Origin: Macrostomum lignano
Lineage: Eukaryota
Direction: 5' to 3'
Assembly: GCA_002269645.1 (NCBI GenBank)
Contig: NIVC01001264.1
Location: forward strand, 261,684-325,683
DNA length: 64,000 bases
In this document: one piece after another, positions 26,801 through 38,400 of the stretch
How positions within the stretch are numbered: the stretch's first letter is position 1
How the letters are laid out: each line of letters begins with the position of its first letter
Notes under the pieces: generated by a model
Seen by the model: the letters and a program-made list of their open reading frames with translations, nothing else
Databases searched by the model: none
What the model was told of the DNA's origin: nothing
Program-made: the position numbers and the translations under genes

Positions 26801-29558
26801 GGTAAGATGGAGGGAGAAGAGGGGTGGGATGGAGGGAGAAGAGGGGTGAGATGTAGAGAGAAGAGGGTGAGATGTAGGGAGAAGAGGCTGAGATGGAGGG
26901 AGAAGAGGCTGAGATGGAGGGAAAAGAGGGGTGAGATGGAGGGAGAAGAGGCTGAGATGTAGAGAGAAGAGGGTGAGATGTAGGGAGAAGAGGCTGAGAT
27001 GGAGGCAGAAGAGGCTGAAATAGAGGAAGAAGAAGGGTAAGATGGAGGGAGAAGAGGGGTGAGATGGAGGGAGAAGAGGGGTGAGATGGAGGGAGAAGAG
27101 GGGTGAGATGGAAGGAGAAGAGGGGTGAGATGGAGGGAGAAGAGGGGTGAGATGGAGGGAGAAGAGGGGTGAGACGGAGGGAGAAGAGGCTGAGATGGAG
27201 GGAGAAGAGGCTGAGATGGAGGGAGAAGAGGGGATGGGTAGGGAAAGAGCAAATAAAGATAGAAAAGGGAAGAGAGATACAACAGTGCAGCAGGGAGGAC
27301 ATACATTACAAGTAAAAGCATAGAATACGGAAGTAATGTGTAATAATGTTCCTTTCACTCGCAGTCGCCAGAGCCGGCCCTGATGACCCAAGAGCAGCTG
27401 ATGGAGCGGCTGCGCCAGGACGGCAAGCTGGTGATTGACAAGTCAGATCCCAACAGGCCCCGGTTCACCCTGTGCGAACTGCGCGACGTTCTAACTGAGC
27501 GAAATGAATTGAAAGTTCGCCTGATTGAAGTTGAGGAGGAACTGGTTGCGTACAAGCAGGCTAGGTGAGTCTTGTGTTGCAGGGACTAGCGTGAACTGAG
27601 ACTGATCGATTTCATAGGATATCTAAGCTGAGATTCTAAGAGATTTCCCGGGGATCTAAGCTAAGATTCTAAGAGATTTCCTCGAGAATCTAAGGTGAGA
27701 TTCTAAAAGATTTCCTCGAGGATCTAAGGTGAGATTCTAAGAGATTTCCTCGAGGATCTAAGGTGAGATTCTAAGAGATTTCCCCGAGGATCTAAGGAGA
27801 GATTCTAAGAGATTTACCCGAGGATCTAAGGTGAGATTCTAAGTGATTTCCTCGAGGATCTAAGGAGAGATTCTAAGAGATTTCCTCGAGGATCTAAGGT
27901 GAGATTCTAAGAGATTTCCCCGAGGATCTAAGGAGAGATTCTAAGAGATTTACCCGAGGATCTAAGGAGAGATTCTAAGAGATTTCCTCGAGGATCTAAG
28001 GTGAGATTCTAAGAGATTTCCTCGAGGATCTAAGGTGAGATTCTAAGAGATTTCCCCGAGGATCTAAGGTGAGATTCTAAGAGATTTCCTCGGGGATCTA
28101 AGGTGAGATTCTAAGAGATTTCCTCAAGGATCTAAGGTGAGATTCTAAGAGATTTCCCCGAGGATCTAAGGTGAGATTCTAAGAGATTTCCCCGAAGATC
28201 TAAGGTGAGATTCTAAGAGATTACCTCCGGGATCTAAGGAGAGATTCTAGGAGATTTCCCCGGGGATCTAAGGGAGAGATTCTAAGAGATTTCCCCGAGG
28301 ATCTAAGGACAGATTCTTTACAAATGATTTAAACTCCTAAACGATATCAAAGAGTTCATAAATATCGAAGATGAGGTTTTACACATATTTACAGCTTTTG
28401 ACAGATTCTGTCTAGAAAGCTGAGGGATTTCTTTACTTAGTTATATTTTGACAAGACTGAGATTCAACGTTTCTTCTTCTTTGACTAACAGCGAAAAAGC
28501 GGCTGCGGCGGCTGCTGCAGCTTCGGCAGCGACTGTCGCTCCCGAGGACGCTCCAGTTCAGGGGCCCATCAACCGGGAACCGGACGAGAAACTGTTTCCG
28601 CAGGATGTCGGCTCCAGGATAGGAATTAAGCACTTGTGAGTTTTGGGGGCCACATTCAACCCTGCATGGATGTTATTTCTATTGCAGTTTGTTTCTTTTT
28701 GACCTCTCTGAAGAGTTTTGTTCAGGTCAGTCAGTATCTATCCCTTAGCAACCCTCCCTGAGGATTTTTTGTTCAGGTCAGTCAGTATCTATCCTTAGCA
28801 ACCCTCCCTGAAATTTTTTGTTCAGATCAGCCAGTATTTTTATTCCTTAGCAACCCTCCCTGAGGATTTTTTTGTTCAGATCAGCCAGTATTTTTATTCC
28901 TTAGCAACCCTCCCTGAGGATTTTTTTGTTCAGATCAGCCAGTATTTTTATTCCTTAGCAACCCTCCCTGAGGATTTTTTTGTTCAGATCAGCCAGTATT
29001 TTTATTCCTTAGCAACCCTCCCTGAGGATTTTTTTGTTCAGATCAGCCAGTATTTTTATTCCTTAGCAACCCTCCCTGAGGATTTTTTTGTTCAGATCAG
29101 TCAGTATCTGTTCTTAGCAACCCTCCCTGAGGATTTTTTTGTTCAGATCAGCCAGTATTTTTATTCCTTAGCAACCCTCCCTGAGGATTTTTTTGTTAAG
29201 ATCAGTCAGTATCTGTTCTTAGCAACCCTCCCTGAGGATTTTTTGTTCAGATCAGCTAGTATCTATCCTTAGCAACCCTCCCTGAGGATTTTTTGTTCAG
29301 ATCAGTCAGTATCTATCCTTAGCAACCCTCCCTGAGGATTTTTTGTTCAGATCAGTCAGTATCTATCCTTAGCAACCCTCCCTGAGGATTTTTTGTTCAG
29401 ATCAGTCAGTATCTATTCTTAGCAACCCTCCCTGAGGATTTTTTGTTCAGATCAGCAGGTATCTATCCGTAGCAACCCTCCCTGAAATTTAATTGAATAT
29501 AAAATTTTGTTATTCCTCTTTCAGTTTTCAAGGCCTGTTGGATCGCGTGCAGAACTAA
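23831..29558 (+). CDS. RILPL1: RILP/RILP-like Rab effector with RH1 and RH2 domains, 6 coding exons
   Basis: Exons 23831-24289, 25407-25691, 26582-26704, 27365-27564, 28492-28635 and 29525-29558. RH1 is DVYDAASAIGKDFELLIDRYG...LMPKVIGVLEELE; RH2 is DPNRPRFTLCELRDVLTERNELK; there is also QGPINREPDEKL and the C-terminus GIKHFFQGLLDRVQN. Exact paralog identity within the family is not resolved. Confidence 0.87.
24425..25345. repeat. 33-bp minisatellite (AGAAGAAGCTAGAAGGAAAAATCCCCCCTCCCC), RILPL intron 1
   Basis: Tandem copies, more homogeneous at the 3' end. Confidence 0.9.
25715..26345. repeat. 12-bp-based minisatellite (TTTATGGGGCTG), RILPL intron 2
   Basis: Tandem copies. Confidence 0.85.
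26730..27240. repeat. Purine-rich about 21-bp minisatellite (GAGATGGAGGGAGAAGAGGGT), RILPL intron 3
   Basis: Tandem copies. Confidence 0.9.
27620..28315. repeat. 34-bp minisatellite (GAGGATCTAAGGTGAGATTCTAAGAGATTTCCTC), RILPL intron 4
   Basis: Tandem copies. Confidence 0.9.
28720..29487. repeat. 50-54-bp minisatellite, RILPL intron 5
   Basis: CCTTAGCAACCCTCCCTGAGGATTTTTTGTTCAGATCAG units. Confidence 0.9.
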
Positions 29559-30544
29559 CAGGTTCGCCCAAGTTCATTATGTACTTTTAGTAACACTTCT
29601 TGATAGTTGTTGTATTGTTGCAGAAAATTGACGGATATTGATTTTCAGTATCTATAATACTGTTGGACTGTCTTTATTTCAAGCTGCTGCATAGCACGAT
29701 GATGTATTATATATAATAGATTATGAACTATTTATGTAGATCCTCTAGTTTTGTTGTGGCTTCAGGAGCATTTGTTGTTGTTATTATTATTTTTAAAACA
29801 ATTTCAGTTTTATCATTCGAAATACCTCTCTTTGCTCTCCTTTTTGTTTTCATTGCTTTGTTATTTAATTGTTGGACGCATAATTAACGAATATTTGTTA
29901 TACCATTCTAGTCTGAGTACCTCTGAGCAGATTCTCTGTCTCATTTGTTTAACCCGAGAATCTCTACGAGTTTTTTCTCTTTTTGTGATGTCTATAGACA
30001 CATATTCCAATAAAATACATATGATTATGAATCATGTTACGTTCGAAGAATCATTTTAACAAAATGCGAGTGGCCTCGGAATCAAGCATACTCATTTCCT
30101 TCTGACGCAGTGGCCCGAGAGAGAGAGAGAGAGGCTGCACATCATTGCATACCGGACTTCCCGCAAAGGGTCCCAGCTCAATTAAAAAAATTCGAGTCCC
30201 CATCCCCCTGCTTCTTTGATTAGAAATTTTTCTCTGCTCACAATTAGGCATCTCCCAGGATCGCTGGACTCTGTGTTCCCCTTTTCCTGGTTAGCCTGCA
30301 TCTCCTATCTGCATTTTTTACAAAGCGTGCATAGGGCATATTTTTCTATGCCCTATGCACTATGAACTATGCCCTATGAACGCGCTATGCGCGTTCGTAT
30401 GCTGATGCTTGAACCCTGAAACTTAGTCAAGTACATTCTTTTCTGCTGTCTAATTTGTTTGTTCAAAATGCAGCTTATGATATTAACTATTGCACTCAGT
30501 TCTGTAGCTGGCAATTTTAACTTTTTGGTTTATCTACTGGCGGG

Positions 30545-32292
30545 AAATATCAGTGACCTATAATGTCTGGGGTTGGGTAGTTTATCTAATGGCGGGGAAT
30601 GTCAGTGACCTACTATAATGTCTGGGGTTGGGTAGTTTATCTAATGGCGGGGAATGTCAGTGACCTATAATGTCTGGGGTTGGGTAGTTTATCTAATGGC
30701 GGGGAATGTCAGTGACCTACTATAATGTCTGGGGTTGGGTAGTTTATCTAATGGCGGGGAATGTCAGTGACCTACTATAATGTCTGGGGTTGGGTAGTTT
30801 ATCTAATGGCGGGGAATGTCAGTGACCTACTAAATGTCTGGGGTTGGGTAGTTTATCTAATGGCGGGGAATGTCAGTGACCTACTATAATGTCTGGGGTT
30901 GGGTAGTTTATCTAATGGCGGGGAATGTCAGTGACCTACTATAATGTCTGGGGTTGGGTAGTTTATCTAATGGCGGGGAATGTCAGTGACCTACTATAAT
31001 GTCTGGGGTTGGGTAGTTTATCTAATGGCGGGGAATGTCAGTGACCTACTATAATGTCTGGGGTTGGGTAGTTTATCTAATGGCGGGGAATGTCAGTGAC
31101 CTACTATAATGTCTGGGGTTGGGTAGTTTATCTAATGGCGGGGAATGTCAGTGACCTATATAATGTCTGGGGTTGGGTAGTTTATCTAATGGCGGGGAAT
31201 GTCAGTGACCTACTATAATGTCTGGGGTTGGGTAGTTTATCTAATGGCGGGGAATGTCAGTGACCTACTATAATGTCTGGGGTTGGGTAGTTTATCTAAT
31301 GGCGGGGAATGTCAGTGACCTATAATGTCTGGGGTTGGGTAGTTTATCTAATGGCGGGGAATGTCAGTGACCTATAATGTCTGGGGTTGGGTAGTTTATC
31401 TAATGGCGGGGAATGTCAGTGACCTATAATGTCTGGGGTTGGGTAGTTTATCTACTGGCGGGGAATGTCAGTGACCTATAATGTCTGGGGTTGGGTAGTT
31501 TATCTAATGGCGGGGAATGTCAGTGACCTATAATGTCTGGGGTTGGGTAGTTTATCTAATGGCGGGGAATGTCAGTGACCTATAATGTCTGGGGTTGGGT
31601 AGTTTATCTAATGGCGGGGAATGTCAGTGACCTATAATGTCTGGGGTTGGGTAGTTTATCTAATGGCGGGGAATGTCAGTGACCTATAATGTCTGGGGTT
31701 GGGTAGTTTATCTAATGGCGGGGAATGTCAGTGACCTATAATGTCTGGGGTTGGGTAGTTTATCTAATGGCGGGGAATGTCAGTGACCTATAATGTCTGG
31801 GGTTGGGTAGTTTATCTAATGGCGGGGAATGTCAGTGACCTACTATAATGTCTGGGGTTGGGTAGTTTATCTACTGGCGGGGAATGTCAGTGACCTATAA
31901 TGTCTGGGGTTGGGTAGTTTATCTAATGGCGGGGAATGTCAGTGACCTACTATAATGTCTGGGGTTGGGTAGTTTATCTACTGGCGGGGAATGTCAGTGA
32001 CCTATAATGTCTGGGGTTGGGTAGTTTATCTAATGGCGGGGAATGTCAGTGACCTACTATAATGTCTGGGGTTGGGTAGTTTATCTACTGGCGGGGAATG
32101 TCAGTGACCTACTATAATGTCTGGGGTTGGGTAGTTTATCTAATGGCGGGGAATGTCAGTGACCTACTATAATGTCTGGGGTTGGGTAGTTTATCTACTG
32201 GCGGGGAATGTCAGTGACCTACTATAATGTCTGGGGTTGGGTAGTTTATCTAATGGCGGGGAATGTCAGTGACCTACTATAATGTCTGGGGT
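30545..32292. repeat. 52/55-bp G-rich minisatellite upstream of the GPCR
   Basis: AATGTCTGGGGTTGGGTAGTTTATCTAATGGCGGGGAATGTCAGTGACCT(ACT)AT, about 32 near-identical copies. Confidence 0.95.
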
Positions 32293-32438
32293 GGAGTAGG
32301 ATCAACTCAAAAGCAGCTTTGTTTCAGGGTGGTGATTGGTCCAGTGGAAGCGGCAGCTCTATGGAACAAAGTTCTCTTTAACACAGCAGTTGCATGTAGA
32401 GCTACACGCATCCTGTGAAAGTTGTCCGAGAACACAAC

Positions 32439-35400
32439 ATGACAAGCGACAGCAGCGGGATCAACATCTCCGGTCGCGACTGCACCAGCGATGCATTCAA
32501 CGACAACGACTATTGCTTGACAACGGATGAGTACATTGGCGAGATTCTGGCCTACCTGAGGCCCACAGCCTATGAGATTGTGTTGCTATGCCTATACTGC
32601 ATTGTACTGCTAGCTGGCCTGCTTGGCAACGCCCTGGTGATAGCGGCTGTGCTGCGCAAGCAGACAATGCGGACAGCCACTAATATGTTTCTTGTGAACT
32701 TGGCGCTGGCCGACTTCCTGGTGATTCTGTTGTGCCTGGTGCCAACCGTCATTGAGGATGTGATGGAGAGCTGGTTGTTTGGAGACGCAGCCTGTCGGGT
32801 GCTTAAATACTTGCAGGTAACAAACTACCTTTTTAAACAGAATGTCAATTCAGAAACTGATGCAGACGCAAGGGTGCTTGTCAGCGTCTGGGTGACGACT
32901 GAATGCTTGAGAGACCACACCAGCTGAAGGTCCAGAAGCTCCAACGGGACGAACGAAGTCAGCTAATGCAGACACATGTGATGGGCGTTCTATGAAATTT
33001 TGAGGCTTTACAAGACCGCCCTGAGGCCGCAGTCGTATTGAATACACTGGCGCTTATGGGAAAAATGTGACCTTCTGGCAGAATTGTTAAATATCTCGAC
33101 GATTCGGAGGGCTGGCGACTTGCTTGGTTCGTGTTTGTGTGCCTGCATTGCTCCGTTGATCCGGCGCAGCAAAAACGTCAGGGAGGGGAGGGTTATTCCC
33201 CTCTGGTAGTTCTATTCTTAGAAGCCTCTCAGCTTCTAGAAAGTCCTTTTAGTACGGGGTTTTCTTTGGGAGCACGAGAATTTCTTGCAGTGAGGTTTTC
33301 CCGGATGGTTTCTTGCCAGTTGGAATTTCAAATCAAATCCAGTCTATAGACAATGCTGGACTAGATTAGAACTAGACTAGACTAGAAATAAACTAGACTA
33401 GACTAGAACTAGACTAGACTAGACATAAACTAGACTAGATTAGAACTAGACTAGACATAAACTAGACTAGATTAGAACTAGACTAGACTAGACATAAACT
33501 AGACTAGATTAGAACTAGACTAGACTAGAAATAAACTAGACTAGACTAGAACTAGACTAGACTAGACATAAACTAGACTAGATTAGAACTAGACTAGACT
33601 AGACATAAACTAGACTAGTTAGAACTAGGCTAGACTAGATTTGATTTGAAATTCCGACTGAAAAAACCCTGCGGAAAAACCTCCTGTGGGAAATCCTCGT
33701 AGACCCTTTTCTTTTTGAGTTAAATCGGTTAAATGTAAGGAAAATTAGTCTATTAGAAACTTCTGGCTCCGTCAACTGATTTTTAAAGGTTCTGTTCAAT
33801 ATATAAAAAAGTGTTTATCTTCAAATTAAATTTCTGAAATTCAATTAAGGCAGCTCTAAGAATTGTATGAACTCAAAAAAATCAATACCGTTTAAATTTA
33901 GAGATAATATCTACTCGCATGAGAGAGATTGCCGCAGACAACGCACTCTCGGTACAACAGACAGCTCATTCGATGACTTACGTTGACTTTCTAATCGTCA
34001 GTCAGACATGATAATTAGCATGTCAGAATATGTCAGAAACAGACTCTCTTCCTAAAGCTATACATAGTGCAGCATTAGCTTTCTATTTGTTCGGGCAGGT
34101 CCCAATGCAAGGACCACACAAAATTGAGCTGTTGCAAAAGGATCTTGTCAGTTTTAGACTGAAACTTCATTTTTCACAGACATGTCCCTGTAATTATACA
34201 AATTGCAGCACGCATCACATCTTTTTTATATTCAGCTCCGTACTGGTATACATGTAGCTATACTTTTGGCTTCCTGTGGAAAAGATTTCTGCAGAAATTT
34301 CTTTCGCCTTCTTTCTCATACTGCAGCGGCAACTGGATCAAAATACTAGCAGTTTTACGGGCATATTTTTGATGAAGCCACTATTTAGGCCATATCCCAC
34401 ATTTAGCGAGGAAAATTTTCTAGGCTTTTATAGTGTTAATCCGCAAGACTGGTTCACTTTCTGCAACACCCACGGCTCTTGCTTGTAGCTATCTGAAGCG
34501 TAAATACAGAGACACAACACCAGTCTACCCAGCTTTCAACCACAAAGCCATTGCAAATGGAAGGCCTGAAAATTTACTAATCTTCTCTGCGCTAATCCAC
34601 CACTCACGGTTTTGATGCCGCAAACTGCCGCGATTTAAGCGCTAGCAACGCAGTAGCGAGAAAGTTAATGTAATAAGATGACGCGATTATGGCTTCCTGT
34701 AAACAAATTAAATCGTTCGTTCCATCTCATGACCAATTCGCAGAGGACTTTTGAAAGGGTTTTAGGGGACACAGCGGGAAGGCGCGGACGCAGCTGTGCT
34801 GTTCTCTGAAGAGGATTGAGTTGAGCCCTTGAGCGCATGAGGTGATGATTAGAATTTTCCGGTTTGCACGCTTCGGTAACTGATAATAAATGTGTGCAGC
34901 CCCGAAGGTCAGTTGGTCCGGATCGCAAAAAATTAAAATGCTGACAAAATACTCGGCGGAATTTCGTCACCTGAGTTACAACAACTGCAGAGAAAATACA
35001 CATTCACGTTCGTATACCAGGATGTTATATTTCACATTTGTGCTTTATTGCAACTGTTTTAGTAGTTGCATTTGGCAGCAGTTTTATCACTGGAGACCCC
35101 CCACGGGTGTCCCATTGTGCACGAGTTGTTTACGGCTTGTAAATTGCTGTTATTATAACTTTATTAAGCGCTCTATTTGATTATTATTGCTATAGGCCAA
35201 GTCAAGGCTCATATGTGGGTAATTGCTCAGATTTAAGGCTCATGGGGGATTGCTGAAATGCTTCAATCCTATTATACAGAGACTAACAAAATTCGTAACT
35301 GTAAGTCTTGTGAGCTGTAAATATCGGTGCCAAAATCATAACATACTTTTTAGCTACAGTACACGCACTTAATGTAATTTTAAGGTCAAGTTTTATTGTT

Positions 35401-38400
35401 ACAAAATTTTAGTTCATGTAGACGGGAAATCCTAGCCCCCTCCCGTTGGGAGCCAAAAAATGCAAATATAAGTCTGAATTGACGCTACTGGTATGCTCTA
35501 CGTTACAGAACGCATCGCGCTGAAAGAGGTTTTGCCTAAGATGAATTCGATTAAGAAAGTCTGACTTCTCAAAGCTGAAGTAAAGAATGGCGTAGAGAGG
35601 ACCGCTAGCAAAAGAGGACAGTGAGAGGACAGTGAATGCAGGTGACTGACGGTTTGAAGTTTGACGTGATTTCAGTTAATAGTCTATGGTATTTCCACTG
35701 CGGCGAAAAAATGAGTGCCTGACTGCGGTGCCAAAATGAGTGCCTGACTGCGGTGCCAAAATGAGTGCCTGCGGCGCCAAAATGAGTGCCTGACTGCGGT
35801 GCCAAAATGAGTGCCTGCGGCGCCAAAATGAGTGCCTGCGGCGCCAAAATGAGTGCCTGCGATGCCAAAATGAGTGCCTGCGGTGCCAAAATGAGTGCCT
35901 GCGGTGCCAAAATGAGTGCCTGCAGTGCCAAAATGAGTGCCTGCGGTGCCAAAATGAGTGCCTGCGGTGCCAAAATGAGTGCCTGCGGTGCCAAAATGAG
36001 TGCCTGCGGTGCCAAAATGAGTGCCTGCGGTGCCAAAATGAGTGCCTGACTGCGGTGCCAAAATGAGTGCCTGCGGTGCCAAAATGAGTGCCTGCGGTGC
36101 CAAAATGAGTGCCTGCGGTGCCAAAATGAGTGCCTGCGGTGCCAAAATGAGTGCCTGCGGTGCCAAAATGAGTGCCTGCGGTGCCAAAATGAGTGCCTGA
36201 CTGCGGTGCCAAAATGAGTGCCTGCGGTGCCAAAATGAGTGCCTGCGGTGCCAAAATGAGTGCCTGCGGTGCCAAAATGAGTGCCTGCGGTGCCAAAATG
36301 AGTGCCTGCGGTGCCAAAATGAGTGCCTGCGGTGCCAAAATGAGTGCCTGCAGTGCCAAAATGAGTGCCTGCGGCGCCAAAATGAGTGCCTGCGATGCCA
36401 AAATGAGTGCCTGCGGCGCCAAAATGAGTGCCTGCGATGCCAAAATGAGTGCCTGCGATGCCAAAATGAGTGCCTGCGATGCCAAAATGAGTGCCTGCGA
36501 TGCCAAAATGAGTGCCTGCGGTGCCAAAATGAGTGCCTGACTGCGGCGCTAAAATGAGTGCCTGCAGGGCCAAATTGAGTTCTAACAAAACCGATTCTCA
36601 AATTAAAGTACATGCAGCAATTTAGTCATGTACATGTAGAAGATTTTGCTTTCCCTCCACCTTAAATTCCAAAAGATAATAAGATTAAAAAACCCAATAA
36701 CAACTGTGAAAACTTGCTCACGAAAACTTTACCGCCGACTTTTTCAATTATCAATTTTTTAGCACTTCTAGGATTTGAAATATTTTCTTCCAGAATCATG
36801 TCTTAGATCATTTCTCCTGGTTTACCGTCTCATTTTTGTGTAATTCCCTCACAACTCGCCATCTGCAGCCAGTGTCGGTCACCGTGTCCGTACTGACGAT
36901 GACACTGAACTCGGTTGAGCGCCTACTAGCAGTCTGCTTCCCGATGAAAGTGAAAACAACTAAAAAACGAGTAGGCAGCCTCATCATGCTGGCCTGGACC
37001 ATTGCTCTGGCGTCAAAGCTGCACTACCCCTTCACTATGGAGGCGGTCCCGTTCCCCAATCTGCCAAACGACACCGCCTTGCTGACCTCCTGCCGCTCCA
37101 ATTGGAAACAGCTGGACCAGAACGGCACCGTCTTTATCAATTTTGAAATTGGCGCCAGCATTCTTGATTCCCTGCTGTTCTTTGTCCTGCCGTTCGCATG
37201 GATGCTGGTGGCCTACAGCATGGTGTGTCATCGCCTGTGGCATGCTTCTGTGCCTGGGGAGGCCTCGCATGTTCAGCAGCGCAGTGAGAATTTTTTGTGC
37301 TTTTCAGTATATTGTACAAGTGTCTTGGCGTGCCCCTGGTGCTAAAGCCCCTGGTGCAAAAGACCCTGGTGCTAAAGCCCCTGGTGCTAAAGACCCTGGT
37401 GCTAAAGCCCCTGGTGCTGAAACCCCTGGTACTAAAACCCCTGGTGCTAAAGACTCTGGTGCTAAAACCCCTGGTGCTAGAGCCCCCTGGTGCTAAAGAC
37501 CCCTGGTGCTAAAGCCCCTGGTGCTAAAGCCCCTGGTGCTAAAGCCCATTGGTGCTGGCGCCCCTTGGTGCTAAAGCCCCTGGTGCTAAAGCCCCTGGTG
37601 CTAACATCCCTGGTGCTAAAGCCCCTGGTGCTAACATCCCTGGTGCTAAAGCCCCTGGTGCTAACATCCTGGTGCTAAAGCCCCTGGTGCTAAAGCCCAT
37701 TGGTGCTGGCGCCCCTTGGTGCTAAAGCCCCTGGTGCTAAAGCCCCTGGTGCTAAAGACTTCTGGTGCTAAAGCCTCATGCATTTGGTTAATTTAAAAAT
37801 CATCCCATACGAGCACCTGATGCACTTGCTGTACACCAGGCAGACCCAGCCACCATCGTGCTGGCAGCAGCCGCATCTCCGGATCTGGCCGGAAGTCGAC
37901 ATCCAGCGCTTTGCCAGCTTCCGCGGCTGCCTCGGTAGTCTCTCCGGACTCAACACTGGCTCAGCGGAGGCGCACCGCCCTGATGCTGGTGTCCATCGTG
38001 CTCATCTTCTTCGTGTGCAACCTGCCTGTGCACATTATGCGAGTGGCGTGAGTGCCTTTCGGGTCTGTTGTAGATTCGGCTGCACATATGCTCAAATGGT
38101 AGGCATATCTACTCTAATGAGATTCGTCTCTATATTCAAATGAGAACCGTATTTACTCAGATGAGTACCAATGCCTACCTAGATGAGTACAGATGTCTAC
38201 TCAGATGAGTACCAATGCCTACCTAGATGAGTACAGATGTCTACTCAGATGAGTACCAATGCCTACTCAGATGAGTACCAATGCCTATTCAGATTCAGTA
38301 CCAATGCCTACTTAGTTGAAACGACGTTGGACTCAAAGAGTGCTCAAATCTAACAAAAATAAAGTTCGACATGTCTCTCTCTTTCTCAAATAATTTTCAG

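Noticed and set aside
30545-32292. CRISPR-like regular array (also 28720-29487 and 49545-50172)
   Set aside because: Units are contiguous with no unique spacers, there are no cas genes, and the context is spliced eukaryotic DNA.
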